Assembly (NCBI GenBank): GCA_903813345.2
Contig: CAIIXF020000001.1
Location: 39,990,001-40,054,000 of the forward strand
Origin: Owenia fusiformis
Lineage: Eukaryota
DNA: 64,000 nt
Direction of reading: 5' to 3'
The first letter of the stretch is position 1. Each line of letters begins with the position of its first letter. Shown here one piece after another: positions 51,645 to 63,500 of the stretch. The position numbers were made by a program, and so were the translations under genes. Below the pieces are notes generated by a model. It was not told where the DNA came from. It ran no database searches and saw nothing but the letters and a program-made list of their open reading frames with translations.

Positions 51645-52862
51645 TAGGTAAGGATTAAATGGTGGACTGGATCGAATGGATTGGATTCGTGTAAAAGATG
51701 GACCGGATCGGAAATCTTCAAAACATGGAGTTTCCATAGTTTGAAGCGCGAATTGAATATTTTGCTGATCAGATGGTGCATACTATACAAATACTGGATG
51801 ATCAGAAGCTGGATATGGCAGAATACCTATTCGAGAAAAAATATTGGGCGAGGCGTAAGCCATATCCAGCTCCTGATCATCCAGTATTTGTTTTATTATG
51901 CACCTTCTCAATCAATCTTTTGAGTGTGCTACGATGTACTAGTACTTATATTTTTAGAACTTTAGATTTTTCTAAAAACTCGAACGACTTCCGTCTAGTT
52001 ATACACCGAACGAAAGAGCGTTTTCTTGTCCCAGGATTTAATTTTCATTTATTTGAGGCGGTCTTTTAGAATGAATGATAATTAGGGTAATTGTGATTGA
52101 TTAAGTATGCCTTAAGTATGCCTGTCATCAGTTTATGATGTTAGGTTTTAGTAGAACTCGAGTAATTCATAAAGAAAACTCTTAAGTGGGTAATGTTGCA
52201 AATATTAGGCAGTTTCAAAAAAAAATATTGATCAGTTTTAAAAAAAGCCAGATATGGCCAAATTGTAGCAGCTTAGAACCAATCACATTTCAGTATCTAG
52301 ACAAGGTGCATAATGAAAGTTAATTCATTTGTATGTTTCTTGTGTGAAAGAGTGAAATGCATGAAGCAGTGATTAATACAAATATATAGCATCAATAACT
52401 TTGAGATTTAAAAAAGTGTTTTTTTTGTCAAGACATCACTCTAATAAGTGTTTAGATCACTCTAAACGATACATGATTTCCTCAAAGCAAACTATAAATA
52501 CACCATTGCATAGTTAGTAGTCTTTCACAAAGTGCACACTTTATCTACGTAGAGAATCATAATATTGTATAAAAATTGAAATCACTGTACCAAAACCAGA
52601 TGGTAACATTTTTGAGTCACCCTGCACAATACAACACTAACGTACTAGAGTGTTAGATAGCAGACACTTATCAACTTTATTCTGAGCTATGCATTCAGAA
52701 TTAAAAGTAAACTGATGTGATAGAACATTTCTCAGTATTCCGGTCATCAACATTTAGGAGGGGACCAATAGAAAAAATCTTTATAAACTCGATATTTTGA
52801 TCCGATCCACCTTTTACATGAATCCGATCCACTCGATCAAATCCACCTTTTAATCCGTACCT
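51645..52862. mobile_element. Putative non-autonomous DNA transposon with GGATC-rich imperfect TIRs
   Basis: ggtaaggattaaatggtggactggatcgaatggattggattcgtgtaaaagatgga (~51647) is mirrored by tccaccttttacatgaatccgatccactcgatcaaatccaccttttaatccgtacc (~52806-52861). Confidence 0.55.
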
Positions 52863-53602
52863 TGTGAAAAGGAACATAAGACTTTTTATACTTTCAACAA
52901 TGTAAAAATTGAAGAACTGGTGGTCACTTCGATCAGCAGAATTTATGTTTTATATTTATATTCTTTTTATTTTTAGGTTTATATACTTCTTATATCATTA
53001 AGCTGAAGTCTCATTTGTGTTTGCTTTTTCATGGTTGTTAAATCAATTTTTCTTTTCTTTAGTTCTACTGTTCTATCAAATGGTCCAAACAATGAGAAAA
53101 ATACCTAAACCACTGTAAATACAAGATATGATGGTGTTAAAATATTAATGAGGTTATATTGCCAATTGTATACGATGAAAAAATATCATTCAAATAAAAA
53201 AAACGAATCTTGATAATTGAGAATCTTGATTGATGATTATCTATATATATTAACTTTTTTTCCTTCTGTATTGTTTATAATTTTCCGTCATATATGCCAC
53301 ATAACCTCAACAAACATCACTGGGATCACAAAAAACGAACATAACTCAGTTATGTTCAGTTGCTATGGTCACAGATTGATATATTTATTACCATGGTAAC
53401 CTTCAGGATCAGAGGTGAGATGAGCTGGTAAGTAAATATGGTAAGTCAGTTATACATGTGGCGATAACGACTGTGATATACATGGAGTATCCATTATATG
53501 TTTCCAATGCACTAGAAAGGAATTATGATAAAACATAAATTGGTGCAATGAGAAAGTACAAATAATATGTGTTGATGTTTATGGATTGACCTACAATGAT
53601 AA

Positions 53603-56600
53603 ATGCATCGATCAACACCATTTCAGTTTGTTTCAATTCTGGTGATCTATCTGGCATGGCATGTGAAACTTGGATGGGGGCAGAGTATCGAAAGTGAGTT
53701 TGATAATTGATTAATATAACTACGTACAATTCATTTTGCCAATATTCAGGAGATTGTCATAAAACATGGTCTGGCAGCCTTCAGAGGTAAGATGATAACT
53801 GATATAAAACATACATCCCGATCTCAAATGATTTAAGCCACGAAGCCTTCTTCTCCTCAATATGGAAGGAGTCATCCCCAAAATGTTTGAAAAGTAATCA
53901 CTTTAAGGAAAATCATCTGAATTCGGACTTTGATTTCTATGGTCAAACTTAAGTTCATGGCCAGAACAAGATGTTTTGGCCTTCGCTCCGACTATCAGAG
54001 ATGGGGCCAAGGCAATGGTATATGTCTAATATGTAATCTCAATGTTAAGGGTACTATAATATCCCTACTTTGGTAGTTATAGGAATGTATTTTTTAATAA
54101 TGGTATGGCAAACCTCAACCACCAAATCTCCTCTGTATATAAGATCCAAATAACATAGATACCGAAAGAACTTAAAGGTTCATTGGTAAATATATAAATC
54201 ATAATATTGTAATATTCTGTTTTCAGCGTACAATGAATTCCTAGCAATGACCATGTCCGATATGTACCCTTGTTCGGAATGCCATTTTGTGACCGGCTCC
54301 GAATGCTGTAGATTTACTCTTCGGGATTTCCCCACTGTCCTGTTGTTTGAGCAACAATGCCCTCCCTCATTGAAGGTAAATATATAAATCATAATATTGT
54401 AATATTCTGTTTTCAGCGTACAATGAATTCCTAGCAATGACCATGTCCGATATGTACCCTTGTTCGGAATGCCATTTTGTGACCGGCTCCGAATGCTGTA
54501 GATTTACTCTTCGGGATTTCCCCACTGTCCTGTTGTTTGAGCAACAATGCCCTCCCTCATTGGCATGGAATGACCGACTCTGCAACTGTGACTGGCCTGA
54601 GAACGTACAGAAATGTGATCCACTTAAGGATTGCACTAGTGAGTGAAATACATGTATAGTAGCCGTGACATAAATGAATAAACACAGGGAGCACACGCGT
54701 CTCGAACTCGAAACCTCGTGGTTACGGCGCCCAATCGCCTAGCCTGAACGTGCCGGCGCTCAAGCCCTCTCGGCCAACTCGACAACCCCAAAAAGGTTGT
54801 TTTGTTAGTCGATCTGACTAGAGGCAGCTGAAGTTAACGTTCAGACACACCAGAGGCTGCTTTCAAGTTAGTTCATTGTAATTGGTTATAGGGATGAAAA
54901 TTATGCAAATATTTCATACTATTGAGGTGAATACCTGTTCATATAATCATAAATTACACAATATTATTGAAAAAAATATTCCAGGCAATTTGATTTATTA
55001 CCAATATCAAACAAAAAGTGGCCCTGACTTGATGAGTGATGACAACATGCATAGCCGATGTCCATGTAGGTTTGGGATATTCTCTGAAACTCTGATCCAG
55101 ATCAAAATGCTGTGCACTTGTTCATCCGGGATTAATCATCAATCCTAACATTGTCTTATACTGCTGTTTCAGCACAAATAGCCCAGACGCCTCCCCCGTG
55201 CCCTGCTTTGAACTTGGCAAGTAAGAACCAATGTTTTATCTGATTTATTTTCTACATTAAATCATGCTTCGAAAATAGTTGTTGTAAACTTTTGCTTATA
55301 TGCGGCACATATATTTACAGAACAATGCTGCCTGGAAAATATCGGCCAGTGGTACACCAAGGTTAATGACACTTCGTTTCGTTTTCAAAATGACACCATA
55401 GCTCAAATTTGTCCCCTGGACCAAATATTTGACATCGAAGACTGTTGCTGTGTTGATAGAGCCCCAAAAGGTAAGTGAAAAGAATATCAAAGCGGTAGTG
55501 AATAGTAATTAAAGACATTTTGACAATCAAGATTTTGACAATGTCTTGCATTTTCCATACGATAGATATATGAAGTAAATGACAAACCACAAATGTAATT
55601 TGTAAAAAGTATACATAAAGACACTCTTTAATTCTGTTACCTTTGATAACACTTAAGTTGCAACTGGCACATCATGCAAGCATTGGCCATTTGATATCAC
55701 AACCAACATCACTGACCAACTCCAGAACACCCTTGCAACAGACTTTCCTGACGAGGTCCATATGGTAGAAGGGAAATTCGGCGAAGGCCTCATGCTTCAA
55801 CCTAATGAGAGAATATCAATCGCTGAATTTACGGGCAAAACACTTGGACATAAAGGTACTTTCACAATAAAGGTGACTTTCTGACTTTGAAAGCATTTCA
55901 TATTCGTTTGAACAAAATAAGATATAGAAACCCTCATGGTTGACCGATGAAACAAGGAAATGCCAGATACCAGTATCATTCACATATTTCATTTCTGTCG
56001 TGGGGAATACCCTTTGCACCTTTCACGAATATTCTCCGATCTCAAGATAGTGCTTATTTGGTTATCTCTCCTTCCATATACACGTTGTGTTTCCCTTTTC
56101 TCGTTATGCTTTGAATTGCAGTCGTTGTATCCCTAATCCACACTCTGAAATCACGATACGATACTATCTATTATCTTGTCATACGACATTTATCTGACAT
56201 ATTGATGTTGTCTGTTTAGGCCGTCAATTTTCCATTGGGTTCTGGGTGTACACCCAAGACGCTGATACATCACCTACTATCATAATCAGCAATGGTGACG
56301 CCGATGTGAACCCGACACTCGCGTTCCTCAGCTTTGGTAACACCATATCTGGCGGGGTTGGAACGGCTGGCGAGACAAGGGATACCCCTACAGCTGACTA
56401 CATATTCAGGGTAGGCTTTTAAAGAGGCTGAAACAGTTTTGCGAACCGTATAACATGTGGACCAAAACATTGACCAGATCTAAATACGATGACATGAAAT
56501 GAACTATTAATTTAATTATTAATTTTACGAGCAAGTTCTTCTTGAAATATATCAATCAATATGTTTTAGCCGTATTAAATTTGTGATTTAGGTTTTGAGG

Positions 56601-57208
56601 AATGATGGGTGGCATTATGTGGCATTAGCCTATAGTGATCCATTCACTCGACTCTACGTGGACGATGTTCGTCCGAAGTTTTCAGAAAGTGGAGGTTAGA
56701 ACTGCATATCTTCCTTCAATTTTAAACAGGGTTTTAAATCAATTTTTGTAGTTTTGTCATGCCAAAAACAATTGTTTCACCTTGAATTGTAAATATGATT
56801 TGATTTTAGGAAATATCATGGCCAATCGATGTCAATTGAACATTGGTGGAAATAACAGACATCCCTTGGTCATCGATGAGGTACGTTCAGAAAAACTCTT
56901 ATTTGATAAATAGTAGAGACTTTGTAATTAAATACTGTATTAATATACTGTCCCCATAACCATAAGTTTTTGGTTGGAAATATGACGTAGATCATGAAGG
57001 ATCTACGGGTATCACTAGTTCAGTTCAAACCCATCCGGGCTACTACGCTATGACTTCGCATTTAATATATTTCCCCTTGCGACCAGTCTTTCATTTGATA
57101 TTGTTATTCTACTTTAAGTTGGTGATGTGTGACTTTGCCTGGACATCACGTCAGATTGTTGAGTTGAGAGAGGCTAATACCATTCCGTTTAGAGAAGACT
57201 GGCAATAA
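53603..57208 (+). CDS. Secreted protein A: signal peptide + two chitin-binding type-2-like (CBM14/peritrophin-A) modules + LamG/ConA-like domain (Pif/LamG3-like), 387 aa
   Basis: Exons 53603-53693, 54417-54638, 55173-55220, 55321-55470, 55658-55855, 56220-56410, 56592-56694, 56810-56880, 57119-57208 (1164 nt, phases consistent). Signal MHRSTPFQFVSILVIYLAWHVKLGWG; CCRF...QQCPPSLAWNDRLCNCDWPENVQKC; CKHWPFD, FSIGFWV, IISNGD, DGWHYVALAY, LYVD, LNIGG, IDELVMCDFAW (LamG3/pentraxin-like). AATAAA at 57249. Confidence 0.88.
54185..54562 (+). repeat. 188-bp tandem duplication covering the acceptor and 5' part of exon 2 of protein A
   Basis: 54185-54372 is identical to 54375-54562 (offset 190), with TCATTG microhomology at the junctions. 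Confidence 0.92.
54690..54790 (-). mobile_element. tRNA-derived SINE head (or tRNA-like pseudogene)
   Basis: Minus strand: gagttggccgagagg (A-box-like) ... gagttcgagac (B-box-like); GC-rich island in an AT-rich intron; no clean cloverleaf. Confidence 0.55.
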
Positions 57209-57519
57209 TCGCCCATGCTTTAATCTGTAACAAAACTATAACTGCTAAAATAAACAAACGTTATAAGAAACAAAGCCGTGTATTTGTCACATAATGTCAT
57301 TAGAATGACAGGCAATGATAAATCGTTCTTGTTTGGAAGCCTTAATAACAAGGTATTTTCAAGTTGGATATAGGGTTTTACTAAAGGAAGAGTTCGCGTA
57401 AGTTGATTATGTTATTATTATGCAACATTTTACAATTAGGTTTACAATAGTTTAATAAAACCTTATAATTGATTAGTCTGCAAAATCAAATGTAATTTCG
57501 CTTCAGAAGTAGCGTCACA

Positions 57520-60500
57520 ATGTTAACGCCCGTGGTGTGGTTGGCGATATGTGTTGCTGCTCTGGAAGCTCAGACTCCGGCCCAAAGTAAGCAAATGTAA
57601 GCAAATTCAATCTTTAGTGAAACATTGAAGAAAAGATCGTGACTATTCATTATTTTTCAAATGTAAAATACCCAAATAGATCTAGTCTAACTGTAGATGT
57701 GTTAAATCCACTGATCGCTAACGTTACACTACAACACCTACGATGGCGTGGAACAATTTAAGTTTTGAGTTGATTTTAGTGGACTGATCACTGGCACATC
57801 AACAGATCAACCACTATCATAAATAGAGTTTTCATTAAATTCTCAGCGCCTCACCTTCGTTATATTTCTAGGATACGAAGATATATTGGACGATCTACTG
57901 GTGGATTCTCCCGAGTGCCCTGGTAAGTAGAAGCATTAATAACAGTGCTTTGCAGATGGTTTCAACATTACAGTTCAAAAACCCTTTTACATAAGTTTCT
58001 TACAATAGTAATGATTCCTGAATCGTGATGGAAGTGGTATAGCTTGATGTTTCGGTTCGAACCCCTTATGATATGTTGTGTTAGAACAATTTCTTGCGTT
58101 TTGTAATGCTCTATGGATTTTCCCATTTTTCATTTGTGTTTACGTACTATTCATCTATATCACACTTTAGGTTGTCCTTATGAGACTGGTTCTGACTGTT
58201 GTCATTTCCAAGTGAAACGAGCAAGACCCGGACGCGCTATAGCAAGGCGTCAAGAGCAGAGGTGTCAAACTGGGCTTGCGTGGAACAATGACCTGTGCGA
58301 ATGTTCTAATTCTGTGACTGGATGCGATCCTTTGCAATGTTCAGGTGAGTCATACGAATGATCACATTATCAACGATACTGAGCAGATACAGCTATAATA
58401 TTAACCATTTGGACACGTTAAAATTTTTGCTAAACTTATATAACTTGGCTTACAACGAGTGTACATGGTTTTAAAAAATCCCAACTGAAATAATTATATG
58501 ATACAATGTATTTTTGTTCGGAACCAAACCTGTATGAAGAAAGGAATAATAACTCACAAAGAAGTTTCCGACTCATCTTTTGAGTCACTTGGTGTGCTAT
58601 TCTTTTAGTACCCAAGTGCAATATTTAATTGTAAAATATTTTCAGCAAGTGAAAATGCATTTGTTCAGCCAACTGGATGTCCTGGTAGAGTAGGCGACGA
58701 ACCACTGCAAGGAAGTGAGTACACTTTTACATTTACTTTTACTAATTTAAATTTTATCTAATGGATACATATTATGTTGTATCAGATGCTGGCACAGTTT
58801 TGCCGGAAGTTTGCAAGAAGTAACTTTTGGCAATGCAGTATGTTAGAGTAACCTAGTAGGTGTAAGAAAATATAAGGTGATGGCCTTTAAAGTGGTAAAA
58901 ACAATTTTCAGGGCCGAATTGGACTTCAATTCCTGCGATTTCAGGGGGTACTATAAGACTATTTCATAACATAAAGGATATAGTTGCTATTGTTCTGTTT
59001 TCTACAGCACACATTACTAGTCTAAAGATGAATAATATCCTAAAGTTATAGGCCGATATCTGTATAAGTCTCAGAAATATTGCAATTAATAGGAAAAAAT
59101 ATGCAATTTTAGTCATTTTTAAGTCTCACGTATCTTATATTTGTAGCTTCCAGCAAAAGATGGCAGCTTAAATAGCTCAAAATTGCTTTCTAAAAACTAA
59201 TTCAAGCTTTGTTTGATATTGTAATACAATTATAATAATGATAATGTACAATTTATGATTTTTAATATGACTTTATAGTACCATACCCATGGAAAGTGGG
59301 CGTGGTCAATGTTATCATTTTTGAGCATATAATTAAAAACTTATATTTATAGAAAGCAAATGAATGCATTTTTAACATTTTCACTTGTTACTTGACATTG
59401 TGATTCATTCATTACTAAAATATAGGACTCTACATATTTTATATATACGTTTTCAATTTTGTACAATGTATCATGATGAAATCTAATAGGCTGGTTCATT
59501 TTCAGTGTTCACTAACGCATGAAATGTAAGTCACAGTGTTTCCAAATTACCTTGGCAATGAGAAAGTACCACAAAGAATACATAATATGAGCAGTTTCAA
59601 GGTCCTAATACTAATACTTACCGATCTATCGGCGTTCAAAAATAGAGAAAGCTGTCGTGAGTGCAGTTTTAACTAACTTTGAACTGAAACTGCTGCTTAA
59701 TGAATATTTTTCTCAACATCTGTGACTTTTTTAGACCCCAAACATAAGATACCAAGACATAATGCTACCAAGTTCTGATATTGGAAGTTTCAGAGCTCTA
59801 GATCAAATATTCACTTCTGCATGTAAAAAGGACAAAAAACCTGTCAGATATCGTGAAAAATATGAAAGATGCACTATTCAGAACAATTTATCTCTTAAAT
59901 GTTACTTTTATTTGACATAATTTCTGATTCTGCCTCCAGTTAGTACCACCAATAATACATATGAGAAGACTTAACGTCATAGTAAGTGGAAGTACAGATC
60001 TATTGGCTTCTGAAAATGGGAAAAGCTGTAGCAAGTATGATTTTCACCAGTTTTTCATCTAAGACTGCAACTTTCTGAATTTTCTTTTTACAAACTGCAC
60101 AGTAAGACCAAAGACATTAAAGGAAACCTGGTCATTGTACCACCAATAATAGGTAAAAATAATATTGGTAATATATACCAAGTGTTTACTTTAATTCCAA
60201 GGCATCTGAATTGTTAAATAAATGAAATCAGTACTTTATTGTATCTTGGGACAAAATACACTGTTTGAATGCTTAAGCTTGACATCACAGTATCAAGTGA
60301 AAGATACGTTGTTATATACAGCTATATCCCTTTAACTGACCTTACTCTTCAATTTGAAATATGCCTGGCCATTCTAAGAAAAATGTGACGGAGGGCAAAG
60401 AGGGTGCATGGTATAATTGGTAATTAAGCTCTTCTAGAGTTTAAAGCTCCCACAATTTTTAAAAACGAAATGGAGAATAACATGTGAAAGTATAGGATGG

Positions 60501-63500
60501 ACTAATTGTTCTAAGAAATTTTTTGAAAGTAACATTGCATGAAATATTTAAGCAAGAGATATGTTCCAAAATACTTTCAGGTAGAAATAAAGCTCCGTAA
60601 TGTAAAAACAATGTATTCTCAGTATTCAATAATAACATTCTTTATAGGTTTTTTGGTCTTAAGCATATCAGTGATTATCCCATGGTTGCAAGGATATAGA
60701 TCGAATATCACATGAAGATATATTTGATATGTGGATCAAGTTATAATATTTTAGCAAAAAATTCACAAACCATCGAATATCACTTTTAAACTATCGAATA
60801 TCACGTCTTAAAAAGTGATATTCGTTGGTTTGAAAAGTGATATTCCATTTCTTTTTACATTTTTTAATTATTTTCAAAAATATTTTAAAAAGATTTCAAC
60901 ATTTTTTCACAATTTTTTTTCAATTATTTTTTCAAATTTTTTCTCGAATTATATTTTTCACATTTGTTTTACTGATGATGATTTCCCATGGGATAAATAC
61001 ATTTTTTTTCAAAAATATCAATTATATCCACTCATGGATACAAATATCTTCACTCACTCGCTGCGCTCACCCATGAAAATATCAATATCCACTCATGGAT
61101 AAAAATGATATTTTTTCAAAACCATAGGATATTCCTATATTATATCAATCCGGATGCTGAAGTCACTTAATAAATAATAACTAGATGTAACTCCTAGTAA
61201 GCACTTCAAGTTTCAGTTCTAAATAAAATACAGTTTGGTTAAAAAATTGTTAAGAATACATACATTTTTTCACAATCACAATTTCACCATTTCTGACTGT
61301 ATTTTGCATATTTTTAGGTGTCAATGGTTCAATGATTATTTGATATAACCTCCTGAAACTACTCTCATATATATTTGGTGGTACAGTGATATGGAATCCT
61401 GTCTTTTGGGGTCTCACGGAATTCTTGTTTTAGAGAAGAAAATCCTGAAAGCTGCAGTTTAATATTATGAATTATAGGTGAAAATTGCACTTGCTACACT
61501 GCTTCTCCCATTTTTAGATGCTAATAAATCTGTAACTACACTTACTATGACCTTAAGTCTACTCATATGTATTATTGGTATTACTAACTAGAGGCAGAAT
61601 CAGAAATTATGGTAAATAAAAGTAAAATTTAAGAGATAAATTGTTCTGAATAGTGCATTTTTTCGCGATATCTGACTGCATTTTGTGTCTTTTGGGTCTT
61701 TTTAAGAGTCCATGCAGATATGAATACTTGATCTAGAGCTCTGAAATTTTCAATACCAGAATTTGGTAGCACTATGTCTTGATATCCCGTGTTTGGACTC
61801 TAACCAAATCACAGTTGTTGAGAAAAAAATTCATAAGTAGCAGTTTTAATTCAAAATTAGTTGAAACGGCACTCAAGACAGCTTTCCTCATTTTTGAAAG
61901 CCGATAGATCGGCAAGCATTTACACCATGATCTTGAATCTGGGCATACATATTCTTAATGGCACTATCTCATTGCCCAGATATTGTGGAAACATTGTGAC
62001 TTATATTCCATGTGATAGTAAGCACTGAAAATGGACTTGTTGCATTGTGGCGGACCCCATACAAAACAAACATAGGGGTAGGGGGGGGGGGTTAAACGTT
62101 GATCAGTTCTGCTATTTTTTGTGGCTATTGGTCATATAGTAGATCATTTTGTCAAAAGGTAAGGGTGATCCGAGAAAAAGTTTGTAAATTGAAACAGCCT
62201 ATTAGATTTCATTATGATACATTGTACAAAATTGAAATTGTATATATAAAATATGTAGAGTCCTATATTTTAATAATAAATGAATTACATTGTCAAGTAA
62301 CAAGTGAAGATGTTTTATATGCATTGATTTGCTTTCTATCAATACAAGTTTTTAATTGTATGCTGCAAAATGATAACATTGACCACGCCCACTTTCCAGG
62401 GGTAGGGTACTATAAAGTCATATTAAAAATCATAAATAGTACATTATCATTATTATAATTGTATTACAATATCAAACAAAGCTTGAATTAGTTTTTAGAA
62501 AACAATTTTGAGCTATTTAAGCTGCCATCTTTTGCTGGAAGCTACGAATATAAGATACTTGAGACTTAAAAATGACTAAAATTGCGTATTTTTTCCTATT
62601 AATTGCAATATTTCTGAGACTAATACAGATATCGGCCTATAACTTTAGGATATTATTCATCTTTGGACAAGTAATGTGTGCTGTAGAAAGCAGAACAATA
62701 GCAACTATATCCTTTATGTTATGAAATAGTCTTATAGTACCCCCTGAAATCGCAGGAATTGAAGTCCAATTCGGCCGTGAAAATTGTTTTTACCACTTTA
62801 AAGGCCATCACCTTATATTTTCTTACACCTACTAGGTTACTCTAACATACTGCATTGCCAAAAGTTACTTCTCGCAAACTTCCGGCAAAACTGTGCCAGC
62901 ATCTGATACATGTATTCTATGTCTTTAAATCATAATGTTGAAAGGCCACCTTTGGAGAGGTAAATACATCATGTAATTGTTATATGTAATCAAAATTGTT
63001 CATTCATTATTTAGATGAATGCTGCATCGAAGCCCTCTACCAGAAGTACACGCTAATCAACTTGACCCACTATTATCTTAATGATGATACGAAAAGGCTA
63101 AACTGGTGTCCAGAAGGCCAGATGATGAATCTCAAAGAATGTGCTTGTGAATGGCCTTCGGGAGTTGGTAGGTCCCAATGTTTATGAAGCCAACTAAAAC
63201 TAAACTAACTAATTATAAATTATTCCTTCGTGTATATGTATTCTAACATTTTTTCGTCTGTTATACAGCACCGAAGCAGGCATCTTGTAGATACTGGCCT
63301 TTTGAGAAAGAGACAGGCACACGCGACATCTACCAACGCACATATCGAGTAAACCGTGGAGTTGTGATCAGTGAAGGACACAACACCAAAAATGGTCTGT
63401 TAGTCCGTAAGAAGAGAGCATTAAACCTCCATTTCTCTATTAGAGGAGGTTCATTCAGCATTGCATTTTGGGTAAAAACATTTGCAAATATGACTGATGG

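Noticed and set aside
53393..53786. Alternative first exons for protein A (53393-53427, 53750-53786)
   Set aside because: They give no signal peptide and do not join in frame from an ATG as cleanly as 53603-53693; they could still be UTR or minor exons.
54690..54790. Functional tRNA gene
   Set aside because: A and B boxes are present but I could not form a canonical acceptor stem or anticodon arm; treated as SINE-like.
60815..61102. Hydrophobic F/I-rich ORFs as membrane proteins
   Set aside because: Artefact of T-rich low-complexity sequence in the foldback spacer.
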